From positions 32,001-96,000 of the forward strand of contig JBBIGR010000010.1 of the NCBI GenBank assembly GCA_037447435.1: a stretch of 64,000 nucleotides of DNA, in the 5' to 3' direction. Under the pieces are notes generated by a model. It saw nothing but the letters and a program-made list of their open reading frames with translations, searched no databases and was not told where the DNA came from. The position numbers were made by a program, and so were the translations under genes. The DNA is from Fibrobacteria bacterium. Lineage in GTDB: Bacteria > Fibrobacterota > Chitinivibrionia > Chitinivibrionales > FEN-1185. Positions 26,561 to 36,709 of the stretch are shown here, piece by piece (position 1 is the stretch's first letter; each line of letters starts with the position of its first letter).

Positions 26561-27898
26561 TTAAGCCTTCTTGTCTATAATTTGCCGAATTGTCTGGTAA
26601 CCGTAATGCATAAAAAGATGGTCGAGCAATATCATTGCCGTATAATTTTCCGCAACCGGCCAAACGCGAGCGACAATAGTAGGGTCGCGACGGGTTATAG
26701 CGGCAAGTTCGGTTGTTGCCAATGTGTATTTGTCTATTGTCGTCTGCCTTTTTGCTATTGTCGGCGTTGGCTTGACCGCCAAACGAACGACCAGCGGCGT
26801 TCCCGTTGCCAATCCGCCGGTGACTCCGCCGGCTTGGTTCGTATCGAAAAGCACCTTGTTGTTTTCCGAATGCATTTGGTCGTTGCTCTGGATGCCGGTC
26901 ATGTCTTTCACCGCCATACCGGCCCCGATTTCAACTGCTTTGACAGCACCTATTCCGAGCATTTTGCCCAGGTCGGCATCGAGTTTGTCGAAAACGGGTT
27001 CGCCCAGTCCTACGGGTAAACCAACGGCAACGACTTCAACGATGCCTCCGCTCGAATCGCCGCTGTCGGTGATCTTGTTGATCGCCTTGACCATTTCGAC
27101 TGCAGCGGAGATATCGGGACAATTAATAATATGATGGACATCGTATTTTTCCAAAATTTCTTTTGCCGTTACTTTTGGGGACTTGTCCCTGATTGAATCA
27201 ATTTCATTTTCGATTTCTGCAAATATCGCAGCCTTTTCAAGGAAACGCATATCGGGCGTAATGCGATGTTTCGCATAGATTTCCTGGTAAAAAGGATCCG
27301 TGTCGCATCGCATTTTCTTATATGAATTTGTCCGACGTTCAATGGTCGAAAGGTCCAATTCCCCGCATCGGATACCGGCGGCTTCTTTGACGTAAGCAAA
27401 TACTTTTATGCCGCACTTCGCCAGGATTTTTTTTGCCACATATCCGGCTGCGACTATTGTTGCCGTATATCGACCGGAAAAAATTCCCGCGCCGATAGCA
27501 TCGTCGTCCGGTCCATATTTAATGAACGAGGCATACGACGCGTGTCCGGGGCGAGGAGTCCGGTTGGTGTCTTGGTATTGTTTGATATGGATAAAATGCC
27601 GGTCCAAATTCGGAATCAAAATTGTCAGCGGCGTGCCGTTGGTATGGTTTTTGTTTCCGGCGCCTTCAATCGTGTCTGCCGCATTAACTCCGGTGTAAAT
27701 AAGCGGAAGGTCGGGTTCCTTGCGCGGGGAAGAAAGTTCGTCCGCACCGGGTTTTCTCAGCAACAAATCACCATAAATTTCCTCTTCGGTAAGAAGCAGT
27801 CCCGGCGGCACGCCTTGAACGACCGATGTCAGTCCTTCCTGATACGAACCCCCGGCTACCGTTGCCTGAAAAAAACGACCGAAATGACATCCGACCAT
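26561..27898 (-). CDS. Divergent chorismate synthase-family FMN protein
   Basis: AroC scaffold: 'GVPPG', 'R.EPD', 'GTPL', 'PRPGHA', 'SGR.TA', 'GDSSGG', 'GLGEPVFDKLD', 'N.AGG..GG', 'KPTPT'. Several signature residues are replaced and there is a ~65-aa insertion. Confidence 0.85.
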   Translation of the reverse strand: MVGCHFGRFFQATVAGGSYQEGLTSVVQGVPPGLLLTEEEIYGDLLLRKPGADELSSPRKEPDLPLIYTGVNAADTIEGAGNKNHTNGTPLTILIPNLDRHFIHIKQYQDTNRTPRPGHASYASFIKYGPDDDAIGAGIFSGRYTATIVAAGYVAKKILAKCGIKVFAYVKEAAGIRCGELDLSTIERRTNSYKKMRCDTDPFYQEIYAKHRITPDMRFLEKAAIFAEIENEIDSIRDKSPKVTAKEILEKYDVHHIINCPDISAAVEMVKAINKITDSGDSSGGIVEVVAVGLPVGLGEPVFDKLDADLGKMLGIGAVKAVEIGAGMAVKDMTGIQSNDQMHSENNKVLFDTNQAGGVTGGLATGTPLVVRLAVKPTPTIAKRQTTIDKYTLATTELAAITRRDPTIVARVWPVAENYTAMILLDHLFMHYGYQTIRQIIDKKA

Positions 27899-28087
27899 AG
27901 TATCTCCGTTCTTCTAATTAGTATGGTGATATTATTGAAGATATAAAATATATGAAGAAAGGTTTTTCTCAAAACAATCAAATGGTGAAATTTGCGATTT
28001 TTATTCTTTTTTGCATTCCTTGTTCAACATCAATCATTTTCTATGATCTTTTCCAAATTAATTCCTATAACATTATGGAGTTAGATC

Positions 28088-29698
28088 ATGACAGACGTTG
28101 TTTCAATAAAAAGAGCTTTGATTAGCGTTTCCGATAAAACAGGCTTGTTGCCTTTTGCCAAAATGCTTAATACAAAAGATATTGAGATACTTTCGACCGG
28201 CGGCACGGCAAGAATGTTGCATGATAATGATATTGCCGTTAAAACAGTGGATTCATATACGGGTTTTCCCGAAATAATGGATGGAAGGGTAAAAACGCTT
28301 CATCCTAAGGTACACGGTGGCCTTTTAGGCGTTCGGGACAACGCAGCACATATGGAACAAATGAAAGTAAACGGGATTTCGCCGATCGATCTTGTTATTG
28401 TAAATTTATATCCGTTCAAGGCGACAATTGAAAAACCGGATGTTTCCCTTGAAGAAGCAATAGAAAACATCGATATCGGTGGTCCGGCAATGCTTCGCAG
28501 CGCCGCAAAAAACCATGCCTATGTCACGGTTATCGTCGATCCTGCCGACTATGCGCTGATTTCAGAAGCTATTCAATCAAAAGGGTATGTTCCGCTCGAT
28601 ATGCGCCGGTATCTTGCTGCAAAGGCTTTTGCCCATACTGCGGATTACGATTCTACGATAGACGCCTATCTTTCGAGGATGTTTTTACATGAGGATGTTT
28701 TACGGCAAAGTTTTAGAAACGGCGTAGAACTCCGCTATGGCGAAAATCCGCATCAGGCCGCCACGTTCTATAAAGTAAAAGACTGTACCGAGCCCTGTAT
28801 GGCAACGGCATCTCAACTTCACGGCAAAGAGCTTTCTTATAATAATATCGTCGATGGCGATGCGGCGCTGGAGGCGGTAAAGGAATTATACGATGTACCG
28901 GCTGCCTCAATTATTAAGCATACCAATCCGTGCGGTTATGCAACGGGCGCCACTTTGGCCGATGCATTGACGCAGGCATGGTCGGGTGATACAATTTCCG
29001 CCTACGGCAGCGTTATTGCCGTTTCAAGAGTGATGGACCTTGCTGCTGCAAAAGTCCTTTCCGGCAGATTTGTCGAAGTGCTTATCGCACCCGATTTCAC
29101 CGAAGACGCCTTGAAATTTTTAAAGGAAAAAAGCTCGCAAATCAGGCTGCTCAAAGTAGGCGAATTGACGGGTGTCAAGCAGGAAAAAAAGAGCTTCAAA
29201 CATGTGGTCGGCGGCATGTTGTGTCAAGATAGGGATATACTTGAATTTGCGAAATGGGAAACCGTTACAAAAGCGCCGTTTCCTCAAAATAAAAATGCGC
29301 TTGCGCGTTTTGCTTGGAAAGCCAGTAAACACGTAAAATCGAATGCAATTATGCTTGCTCAGGAATATCAGGCGGGTATGTATCGTATTGTCGGAATGGG
29401 AGCTGGGCAACCGAACCGTGTCGATTCGCTGCGTAAACTCTGCGTGACAAAAGCACGGGAAAATTTTGCCGCGGAAAAAAATGTCGCAGCTTCCGATTTT
29501 GCGGGCGAATTTGCGGAATTGGTTCTGGCGTCCGATGCGTTTTTCCCGTTTGCGGATAATATTGAAGAGGCTCAAAGGATGAATATCAAATATATAGTTC
29601 AGCCGGGCGGTTCCAAGCATGACGGCGAAGTCATCGAAGCATGCGATAAATACGGAATAGCCATGGTATTTACCGGAACGCGCCATTTCAGACACTAA
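28088..29698 (+). CDS. purH: Bifunctional AICAR transformylase/IMP cyclohydrolase
   Basis: 'RALISVSDKTG', 'GRVKTLHP', 'IDIGGP', 'LRYGENPHQ', 'SDAFFPF', 'TGTRHFRH'. Confidence 0.97.
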   Translation: MTDVVSIKRALISVSDKTGLLPFAKMLNTKDIEILSTGGTARMLHDNDIAVKTVDSYTGFPEIMDGRVKTLHPKVHGGLLGVRDNAAHMEQMKVNGISPIDLVIVNLYPFKATIEKPDVSLEEAIENIDIGGPAMLRSAAKNHAYVTVIVDPADYALISEAIQSKGYVPLDMRRYLAAKAFAHTADYDSTIDAYLSRMFLHEDVLRQSFRNGVELRYGENPHQAATFYKVKDCTEPCMATASQLHGKELSYNNIVDGDAALEAVKELYDVPAASIIKHTNPCGYATGATLADALTQAWSGDTISAYGSVIAVSRVMDLAAAKVLSGRFVEVLIAPDFTEDALKFLKEKSSQIRLLKVGELTGVKQEKKSFKHVVGGMLCQDRDILEFAKWETVTKAPFPQNKNALARFAWKASKHVKSNAIMLAQEYQAGMYRIVGMGAGQPNRVDSLRKLCVTKARENFAAEKNVAASDFAGEFAELVLASDAFFPFADNIEEAQRMNIKYIVQPGGSKHDGEVIEACDKYGIAMVFTGTRHFRH

Positions 29699-29765
29699 AG
29701 CAATCCGCCGGCAAACCGGTGGGTAGAAAATTGATCTTTTTTTGATATAAAGGATTGTACTCATT

Positions 29766-32033
29766 ATGGCAAAAAACTTGGTAATCGTCGAGTCGCCTGC
29801 AAAATGCAAGACGATTTCAAAATATCTTGGCAAAAATTATTCGGTTATGGCTACGATGGGTCATATCATCGATTTGCCCGGTAAGGAATTCGCCGTAGAC
29901 CTGGAAAACGATTTCAAACCCAAATATACGGTTGCTAAAGGGAAAAACAGAATACTCAAATCCTTAAAGGATGAAGCACAGAAATCGGAAATAGTGTATC
30001 TCGCGCCCGACCCTGACCGAGAAGGGGAGGCTATCGCCTGGCATGTGGCCCAGTACATCGCCAAATCGAATACGAATATCAAACGAGTTCTTTTTAACGA
30101 AATTACTAAAAAAGCAGTTTTGAGCGCAATTGAAAACCCGCTCGAATTAGACATGAATAAGGTGTACGCCCAACAGGCGCGACGAATTCTCGACCGTATC
30201 GTCGGATACCAGGTTTCTCCGATTTTGTGGCGCACGGTTTTCCGCGGATTATCGGCCGGCCGCGTACAGTCCGTTGCGCTGCGTCTTATTTGCGAACGTG
30301 AAGATGAAATTAAAAAGTTTATAAAAGAAGAATATTGGACCATTCATACGCAGCACAATCACGGCGGCATGGATTTTTGGGCCAAACTGCTGTCTGTCGA
30401 CGGAAAAAAGACGCCGATACCCAACGCTACTGCGGCTAAAGCGGTCCTGGACCGGGTAAAAAACGCGACATTCGACGTCACCGATGTGTTGCGTAACGAG
30501 AAATCACGAAAACCCTATGCTCCGTTTATCACCAGCACCTTGCAGCAGGAAGCTGCTCGGAAATTGAATTTTTCCGCAACGAAGACGATGATCATTGCGC
30601 AACAATTGTATGAAGGTCTTGAGCTCGGCGATTTGGGCAGCATGGGACTTATTACCTATATGCGTACCGATTCTACGCGTATTGCCGATGAAGCCATCTC
30701 AAGTTCCCGCGCGCTCATCGAAGGGATGTTCGGGAAAAAATACTTGCCCGATGCGCCGAGGGTGTATGCGAAAAATAAAAATGCCCAGGATGCGCATGAA
30801 GCGATACGTCCCTCGCAGGTGTCCATCGATTTTTCGCCCGACAAAGTCAAAAATTACCTGAGCAAAGACCAGGTGCGGCTTTACGAATTGATATGGAAAC
30901 GGTTTTTGGCGTCTCAAATGACCAATGCGCTTTACGATTCGACGCGCATCGACATTTCTGCCAACGGTTGCATTTTCAGGGCAACCGGCTCGATCCAAAA
31001 ATTCGACGGTTTTCTGGCAATGTACGAGGAAACCGTTGAGGAGCCGGTGGAAAACGACGAAGACGAAAATGTACGCTTGCCCGAAATTTCCGAAGGAATA
31101 ACGCTGCCGCTTAAACAGATGCTCGACAAACAGCATTTCACGCAACCGCCGCCGCGCTATTCCGAAGCAACGCTTGTTCGTGAGCTCGAAGACAAAGGCA
31201 TCGGCCGTCCAAGTACCTATGCTCAAATCATCGACACGCTCAAACGACGCAAATATGTCACGGTCGACAATAAAAAATTCACTCCCACCGAAGTGGGCTT
31301 CATGGTGAAAGACATACTGGTCAAACAATTCTCCAATGTTTTCGATGTCGGGTTTACCGCGAGCATGGAAGATTCCCTTGACAAAGTCGAGCTTGGCGAA
31401 GCTGAATGGGTTACGGTCTTACGGGAGTTTTACACCCCCTTTGCCGAAATGCTTGCCGGCGTTAAAAACAATATCAAAGACCTTAAGGCGGCAAATCAGC
31501 AAATTACCGACCGCATGTGTCCCGAATGCAACAAGTTTCCGCTTGTTGTCAAGTGGAGCAAAAACGGGAAGTTCCTTGCTTGTCAAGGTTTTCCCGGCTG
31601 CCGTTATACCGAGCCGCTGGAAAAAGTGGCACCGGTGACCTCTACCGAAATGTGCGATAAATGCGGCGCGCCGATGGTCGTATTATCCATCAATGGTAAC
31701 CGGTTCTTAGGGTGTTCGCGATATCCCGATTGCAAAAACACCAAATCCATTTCCACGGGCGTTTCTTGCCCCCGGGAAGGGTGTACGGGGCAGCTTATCG
31801 AACGGAAGACAAAGCGGGGCAGAATGTTTTACGGTTGTAATTCATACCCGAAATGCACGTATGCGACATGGGACAGACCGGTTGCGCAAAAATGCGAAAA
31901 ATGCGGGTTCCCCATTTTGGTCTATAAGGAGACAAAAAAACGCGGCACATACCATAAGTGTCCAAATTGTAAAGAAGAATATCAGATCGAAGCGGCAAAG
32001 GAGCAAACCGAAGTTCCCGCGCAAGAGTCCTGA
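29766..32033 (+). CDS. topA: DNA topoisomerase I with C-terminal zinc ribbons
   Basis: 'LVIVESPAK', 'DPDREGEAI', 'SAGRVQS', 'ITYMRTDS', 'GIGRPSTY'; four Cys clusters. Confidence 0.97.
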   Translation: MAKNLVIVESPAKCKTISKYLGKNYSVMATMGHIIDLPGKEFAVDLENDFKPKYTVAKGKNRILKSLKDEAQKSEIVYLAPDPDREGEAIAWHVAQYIAKSNTNIKRVLFNEITKKAVLSAIENPLELDMNKVYAQQARRILDRIVGYQVSPILWRTVFRGLSAGRVQSVALRLICEREDEIKKFIKEEYWTIHTQHNHGGMDFWAKLLSVDGKKTPIPNATAAKAVLDRVKNATFDVTDVLRNEKSRKPYAPFITSTLQQEAARKLNFSATKTMIIAQQLYEGLELGDLGSMGLITYMRTDSTRIADEAISSSRALIEGMFGKKYLPDAPRVYAKNKNAQDAHEAIRPSQVSIDFSPDKVKNYLSKDQVRLYELIWKRFLASQMTNALYDSTRIDISANGCIFRATGSIQKFDGFLAMYEETVEEPVENDEDENVRLPEISEGITLPLKQMLDKQHFTQPPPRYSEATLVRELEDKGIGRPSTYAQIIDTLKRRKYVTVDNKKFTPTEVGFMVKDILVKQFSNVFDVGFTASMEDSLDKVELGEAEWVTVLREFYTPFAEMLAGVKNNIKDLKAANQQITDRMCPECNKFPLVVKWSKNGKFLACQGFPGCRYTEPLEKVAPVTSTEMCDKCGAPMVVLSINGNRFLGCSRYPDCKNTKSISTGVSCPREGCTGQLIERKTKRGRMFYGCNSYPKCTYATWDRPVAQKCEKCGFPILVYKETKKRGTYHKCPNCKEEYQIEAAKEQTEVPAQES

Positions 32034-32062
32034 TATTCTTTGTTGCTTTAAACAAAATCTTA

Positions 32063-32094
32063 AAGGCCTTGTACGGAAACCCGTGCAGGGCCTT
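32063..32094 (+). terminator. 14-bp hairpin between topA and trmFO (terminator or mRNA stabiliser)
   Basis: AAGGCCTTGTACGG-aaac-CCGTGCAGGGCCTT; weak U-tail. Confidence 0.4.
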
Positions 32095-32117
32095 CGTAAC
32101 GTTTACGAAAGATTATA

Positions 32118-33437
32118 ATGAATAAACCGTCGATAGGGGTCATCGGAGCAGGGCTTGCGGGATGCGAGGCCGCTTTGGTTTTGGCGCAACGGGGAATGAA
32201 TGTCGTCCTGTACGAGATGCGACCGGTAAAAACGACGCCGGCGCATAAGACGGCACTTCCGGCCGAATTGGTTTGCTCAAACTCGCTTAAATCGCAGGAA
32301 TTGCCGGCTGCCCAGGCGCTGCTTAAGGCCGAGCTGGATTTGTGGGGAAGTCCTCTTTTGCAATGCGCGCGTTCGGCGAATGTCCGGGCAGGAAGTGCTT
32401 TGGCCGTCGATAGAAACGCTTTTTCCTGCGCGGTGAAAAAACGAATGGATTCGACGGACGGTATAACCTGCGTTACCGGCGAAATCGCCGATATTCCTCA
32501 AGGTCATGATGCGGTAATTCTCGCGACCGGTCCATTGACTTCCGATATAATGGTCGATTGGTTGACAAAGAAATTCGATGCCCGATCCTGCTATTTTTAT
32601 GACGCTATCGCACCGATCGTTTCCGCCGATTCAATCGATATGAACACGGCTTTTTTCGCAAACCGTTGGGTCGAAAATTCGGACGACTATTGCAATTGTC
32701 CTTTTACGGAGGCACAGTATCGGGTCTTTCATGACGCCTTGACAAATGCTACTGTTACGCCTGCCCGCGATTTCGAACAGGAACGTTTTTTTGAAGCTTG
32801 TCTGCCGATTGAAATAATTGCCAAACGCGGATTCGAAGCGATGTCGTTCGGTCCGCTCAAACCGATAGGACTTTTTAATCCGCATGGAACCCAGAAACAC
32901 GCTTATGCGGTTTTACAACTGCGTCGTGAGAACGACAGCGGCGACAGTTTCAGTATGGTGGCGTTTCAGACCCGTCTGACGATTCCGGAACAAAAAAGGG
33001 TTTTCAGAATGATTCCCGGCCTGGAAAATGCGGAATTTATCCGATACGGTTCTTGTCACCGGAACACATTCATCGATGCGCCGACGCTTTTGGAAAACGA
33101 TTTATCATTTAAATCGATGCCGGATTTGTTTTGTGCGGGACAGCTGTGCGGAAACGAAGGGTATGTGGAAAGCATTGCAACCGGCCACTATGCCGCGCTC
33201 GGCGTCCTTGGAAGGATTACCAAACCGGCCCGACGTCCGCTGCCGTTAACGACCGCGATCGGGGCATTGATTAACTATGTTGTGTCAACGGATAAACGAC
33301 CGTTTGCACCGTCAAGTTTTCATTTCGGTCTTCTGCCGGCGTTGGATGGGGGAAAAAGAAAAAAAATTCCTAAAAAACAAAAGCATGAAATTTTTTGTAA
33401 TAGGGCACTTGAAGATATGAAACAATGGCTCATTTGA
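32118..33437 (+). CDS. trmFO: Folate/FAD-dependent tRNA m5U54 methyltransferase
   Basis: 'GAGLAGCEAA', 'ELVCSNS', 'FYDAIAPIV', 'FEACLPIE', 'HRNTF'; follows topA. Confidence 0.95.
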   Translation: MNKPSIGVIGAGLAGCEAALVLAQRGMNVVLYEMRPVKTTPAHKTALPAELVCSNSLKSQELPAAQALLKAELDLWGSPLLQCARSANVRAGSALAVDRNAFSCAVKKRMDSTDGITCVTGEIADIPQGHDAVILATGPLTSDIMVDWLTKKFDARSCYFYDAIAPIVSADSIDMNTAFFANRWVENSDDYCNCPFTEAQYRVFHDALTNATVTPARDFEQERFFEACLPIEIIAKRGFEAMSFGPLKPIGLFNPHGTQKHAYAVLQLRRENDSGDSFSMVAFQTRLTIPEQKRVFRMIPGLENAEFIRYGSCHRNTFIDAPTLLENDLSFKSMPDLFCAGQLCGNEGYVESIATGHYAALGVLGRITKPARRPLPLTTAIGALINYVVSTDKRPFAPSSFHFGLLPALDGGKRKKIPKKQKHEIFCNRALEDMKQWLI

Positions 33438-33585
33438 AATTCCCGAATCATTTATTTTAGGGTAAACCTCGACGCACGGTTCTGCGTTTTTCGCGTAGAT
33501 AATTTCTATTTAGACACTAACCCGATACTATATTTTATATTGATTTAATTCCCCGGTTCGACATTGTTTTTCGAAAGGATTTTGC

Positions 33586-34308
33586 ATGGGTATTCCTGTC
33601 GTTGATATGGTTTTACGGTCCGGCTGGGCCGCCCGCACTATTTTAATTCTTCTTGGAATATTTTCGGTCGTTACATGGGCTGTTATTTTTAATCGTCTAT
33701 ATGCCCTCGGCAATGCAAAAAAAAGGAACAGGATTTTTTTGCAAAAGTATGCTGCGTGTACCACCATTTCGGAGCTTGAGAAGATCGATGTCAAACTTCT
33801 CTCGAGTCCGATGGGTAGTTTAAGCGGAAAAGGCGTTGCCGAATATCGGCGAATACTTAAAGATTCGCATTCGCATACGGGTGTGAGGGATTGGTCTTTT
33901 TTCCTGCAAAGTCAATTTGCCATCATGCTCGAGCAACTCGATACGGTATATTCCGAAATGTCCCGCTCGCTGGATAAAGGGCTTATCGTTTTGGCCATAT
34001 CGGCAAGCGTTTGCCCGTTTTTGGGGCTTTTGGGAACGGTTTGGGGAATCATGAATTCGTTTTTTGAAATCGGTAATCAGGGATCGGCAAGTCTTCCGGT
34101 CGTTGCACCGGGTATTGCGGAAGCCCTTATTACTACGCTGGTCGGACTCGCCGTTGCCATCCCGGCGGTATTGTTCTACAATTATTTCATTCATCGGGTA
34201 GACAGAATGGAAAATGAAGTAAACGAATTTAAAAATATTTTGTTTACTCATTTGAAACGGGACATTTTGAGCATGCTTTACGGCGATAATTCCAAAAAAA
34301 CAGCCTAA
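33586..34308 (+). CDS. tolQ: TolQ (MotA/TolQ/ExbB family)
   Basis: 'PFLGLLGTVWGIM', 'VAPGIAEALITT', 'AIPA'. Confidence 0.9.
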   Translation: MGIPVVDMVLRSGWAARTILILLGIFSVVTWAVIFNRLYALGNAKKRNRIFLQKYAACTTISELEKIDVKLLSSPMGSLSGKGVAEYRRILKDSHSHTGVRDWSFFLQSQFAIMLEQLDTVYSEMSRSLDKGLIVLAISASVCPFLGLLGTVWGIMNSFFEIGNQGSASLPVVAPGIAEALITTLVGLAVAIPAVLFYNYFIHRVDRMENEVNEFKNILFTHLKRDILSMLYGDNSKKTA

Positions 34309-34324
34309 TGAAAGTGATTGTCGT

Positions 34325-34741
34325 ATGATGAAACCGCGAAGACGGCAGGCTATTGCAGACCTGAATATCACGAACCTCGTTGATGTTGTTTTCACGCTGC
34401 TTATCATTTTCATGATCACGGCGCCCATGATGACGCAAGGCGTCCAGGTCGATTTGCCGAAAGCTGAAGCGCAGAACGTAGAAGTCAACGACTATATTCA
34501 GGTTTCGATCAACGGCAGAAATGAAATATTCATAGACCAGGAACGGATCAATTTAGTTGATTTTAAAAAGCGGTTCAGGCAGGTTTTTTCCGGGAGAATA
34601 AAAACGCCGGTATTTATCAATGCCGATAAAAAAGTCCCGTACGGCCTGGTGATCAGGGTTATTGCCGATGTTCAAAATGCCGGAGTCGTAAAACTTGGAT
34701 TCCTTACCTTACCGGCAAAAGATGAGGCAGGCGGGTCTTAA
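34325..34741 (+). CDS. tolR: TolR (ExbD/TolR family)
   Basis: 'NITNLVDV..LLIIFMITAPM..QGV.VDLP'. Confidence 0.9.
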   Translation: MMKPRRRQAIADLNITNLVDVVFTLLIIFMITAPMMTQGVQVDLPKAEAQNVEVNDYIQVSINGRNEIFIDQERINLVDFKKRFRQVFSGRIKTPVFINADKKVPYGLVIRVIADVQNAGVVKLGFLTLPAKDEAGGS

Positions 34742-35439
34742 TGCCATTGTCCAATGCAGCCGTAGCACCTCGCAATTTTTCTTCCGACAATAAATCCCTG
34801 GTTGTCCTTGTCATAGCATCGCTGCTTCTGCATATCGGGATATTTGCCGGCATTCCTCTTATTTCACGGCTCATGTACCATTCGGAAACCTTTGAACGGC
34901 CGCACACGTTTACTCTTGTCAGCATCCCCCAGGTACAGCCCGCTATGGTTGCCAAACCGGAAATCAAACCTGCGAGTGCCGAAAAACCGAAACCGAAAAC
35001 AGCGACGACTCCGGTTCCGAAAAAGACAAAAACCAAGACGGTTGCAAAACAGGAAGAAAAACCGAAAGAAAATACCGACGACCTGAACGAGTTGCTGAGC
35101 GCGATCCCCACGACCAAGGTTTCCGATATGTCTGTTTCGCGCGATTTCAAATTTAATTGGTATACGCAGAATATGCAGTCCCGTATCGAGGAAAATTTTA
35201 AACCGCCAATGGGTCTTACCGATAAACAGGACGTTGCGGTCAAGGTTTCCTTTGTTGTGTTCGAAAATGGCGCCATTTCCGATGTATCCGTTTTACAATC
35301 CTCCGGAATACCAACGCTCGACAATTGTGCCGTTACGGCGGTAAAGATGTCTGCGCCGTTCGGAAAGCTGCCGCTTTCATTTGCAGATAAAAAACTGGAA
35401 CCAACGGTCACATTATTTTATGTTAAAAAACAGGATTAA
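34741..35439 (+). CDS. tolA: TolA/TonB-like energy transducer
   Basis: TM with S-x3-H ('SLLLH'), Pro/Lys-rich linker, TonB_C 'SSG...LD..A..AV...APF'; lies between tolR and tolB. Confidence 0.75.
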   Translation: MPLSNAAVAPRNFSSDNKSLVVLVIASLLLHIGIFAGIPLISRLMYHSETFERPHTFTLVSIPQVQPAMVAKPEIKPASAEKPKPKTATTPVPKKTKTKTVAKQEEKPKENTDDLNELLSAIPTTKVSDMSVSRDFKFNWYTQNMQSRIEENFKPPMGLTDKQDVAVKVSFVVFENGAISDVSVLQSSGIPTLDNCAVTAVKMSAPFGKLPLSFADKKLEPTVTLFYVKKQD

Positions 35440-35445
35440 AAAATC

Positions 35446-36681
35446 ATGAAGTTGTTTTATGCTATAGCGATTTTGGCGGCGGTTATTACGTCCAGCAGCA
35501 ATGCCGAAAAAATCAATTTGTCCGTTTATGCAAGCAATTTGGACAGTTTGTCAATTGCGATGGTTCCCTTTACGCAAAAAGGCCCAACTGCTTTAAAAGA
35601 GGATGAACCATGGAAAATCCTGGCAAATGATCTGGAATTTTCCGGTCGTTTTTCAGTCAATAAACTCAGTAAAATCGATTCCGGCGAATTAATCCGGAAA
35701 AACATTCCTGTGTATATCGATGGGAGCTATTCGGTCGGTAATGGGGAAGTCGAATTGGAATATTCGTTGCGGGATGCATCCTCGTCCGAATTGTTTTTCG
35801 GAAAAAAATATTCAACCACGCTTAAAGACCTACGGTCGGTTTCACACCGATTCGCGGATCAGCTCATCGAGATGCTCTTTAACGGGCACGGGATTTTCGA
35901 AAGTAAAATTTTGTTTGTAAAAGATGAAGGGGCAAAGAAAAACATTTGGATAATGGATTGGGACGGCGACAGACAGCATGCTCTCACTTCCAACACGACC
36001 ATTAATATTTTCCCGACATTCATGGATTCCTCTGCTTTTTTATTCACGTCGTTTTTGCGCGGACATCCCAATATTTATAAAAGTACCATGACGGGGAAAA
36101 CGACGTATCTTGTGCCGAGCAGGTTTACCGATACGTCTCCGGCATATTGCGCCGTATTGGGGAAAATCACCTTCGCTTCGTCGCGCGACGGCAATATGGA
36201 AATTTATACCTGTGACCAGGACGGTACGAACATTAAAAGATTGACAAATTCAAAGTCCATCGATGCAGCTCCGTGTTTTTCGCCCAACGGAATGCAAATC
36301 GCGTTTACCTCGGATAGGGCCGGTCAACCGCAGATTTATATCATGGACGCCGACGGGACCAATGTAAAAAAGTTGACGTTCGGGGGTACCTATCAGGATT
36401 CGCCTGCATGGTCGCCGAAAGGGGACAAAATTGCCTTCCATATGGCGGTGAACGGTCAGTTCGAGATTTTTACCTGTTCGCTCGACGGATCAAATGTTTT
36501 CCAGGTCACCAATTGTCCTGGAAATAACGAATATGCCAGCTGGGCTGGGGATGGCGAGCATATTGTTTTTTGCTCCGAACGAGGAACGAAACACGATTTA
36601 TACGGGATAAAATCCGATGGAACGAGATTAAAAAGGCTTACGAATATCGGCATGGCCAAAATGCCCGATTGGGGAAATTAA
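35446..36681 (+). CDS. tolB: TolB beta-propeller
   Basis: 'DLEFSGRF', PD40 repeats 'P.FSPNG..IAFTSDR.G.PQIY', C-terminal 'PDW'. Confidence 0.92.
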   Translation: MKLFYAIAILAAVITSSSNAEKINLSVYASNLDSLSIAMVPFTQKGPTALKEDEPWKILANDLEFSGRFSVNKLSKIDSGELIRKNIPVYIDGSYSVGNGEVELEYSLRDASSSELFFGKKYSTTLKDLRSVSHRFADQLIEMLFNGHGIFESKILFVKDEGAKKNIWIMDWDGDRQHALTSNTTINIFPTFMDSSAFLFTSFLRGHPNIYKSTMTGKTTYLVPSRFTDTSPAYCAVLGKITFASSRDGNMEIYTCDQDGTNIKRLTNSKSIDAAPCFSPNGMQIAFTSDRAGQPQIYIMDADGTNVKKLTFGGTYQDSPAWSPKGDKIAFHMAVNGQFEIFTCSLDGSNVFQVTNCPGNNEYASWAGDGEHIVFCSERGTKHDLYGIKSDGTRLKRLTNIGMAKMPDWGN

Positions 36682-36709
36682 TTTTTTATTCATTTGAAAA
36701 GGATGTCCA

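Noticed and set aside
27899..28087. Possible ZTP riboswitch upstream of purH
   Set aside because: The region is very AT-rich and lacks the GC-rich conserved ZTP elements
33438..33585. Expected xerC or dif-like site after topA-trmFO
   Set aside because: No recombinase ORF or recognisable dif sequence; the gap is only ~150 bp
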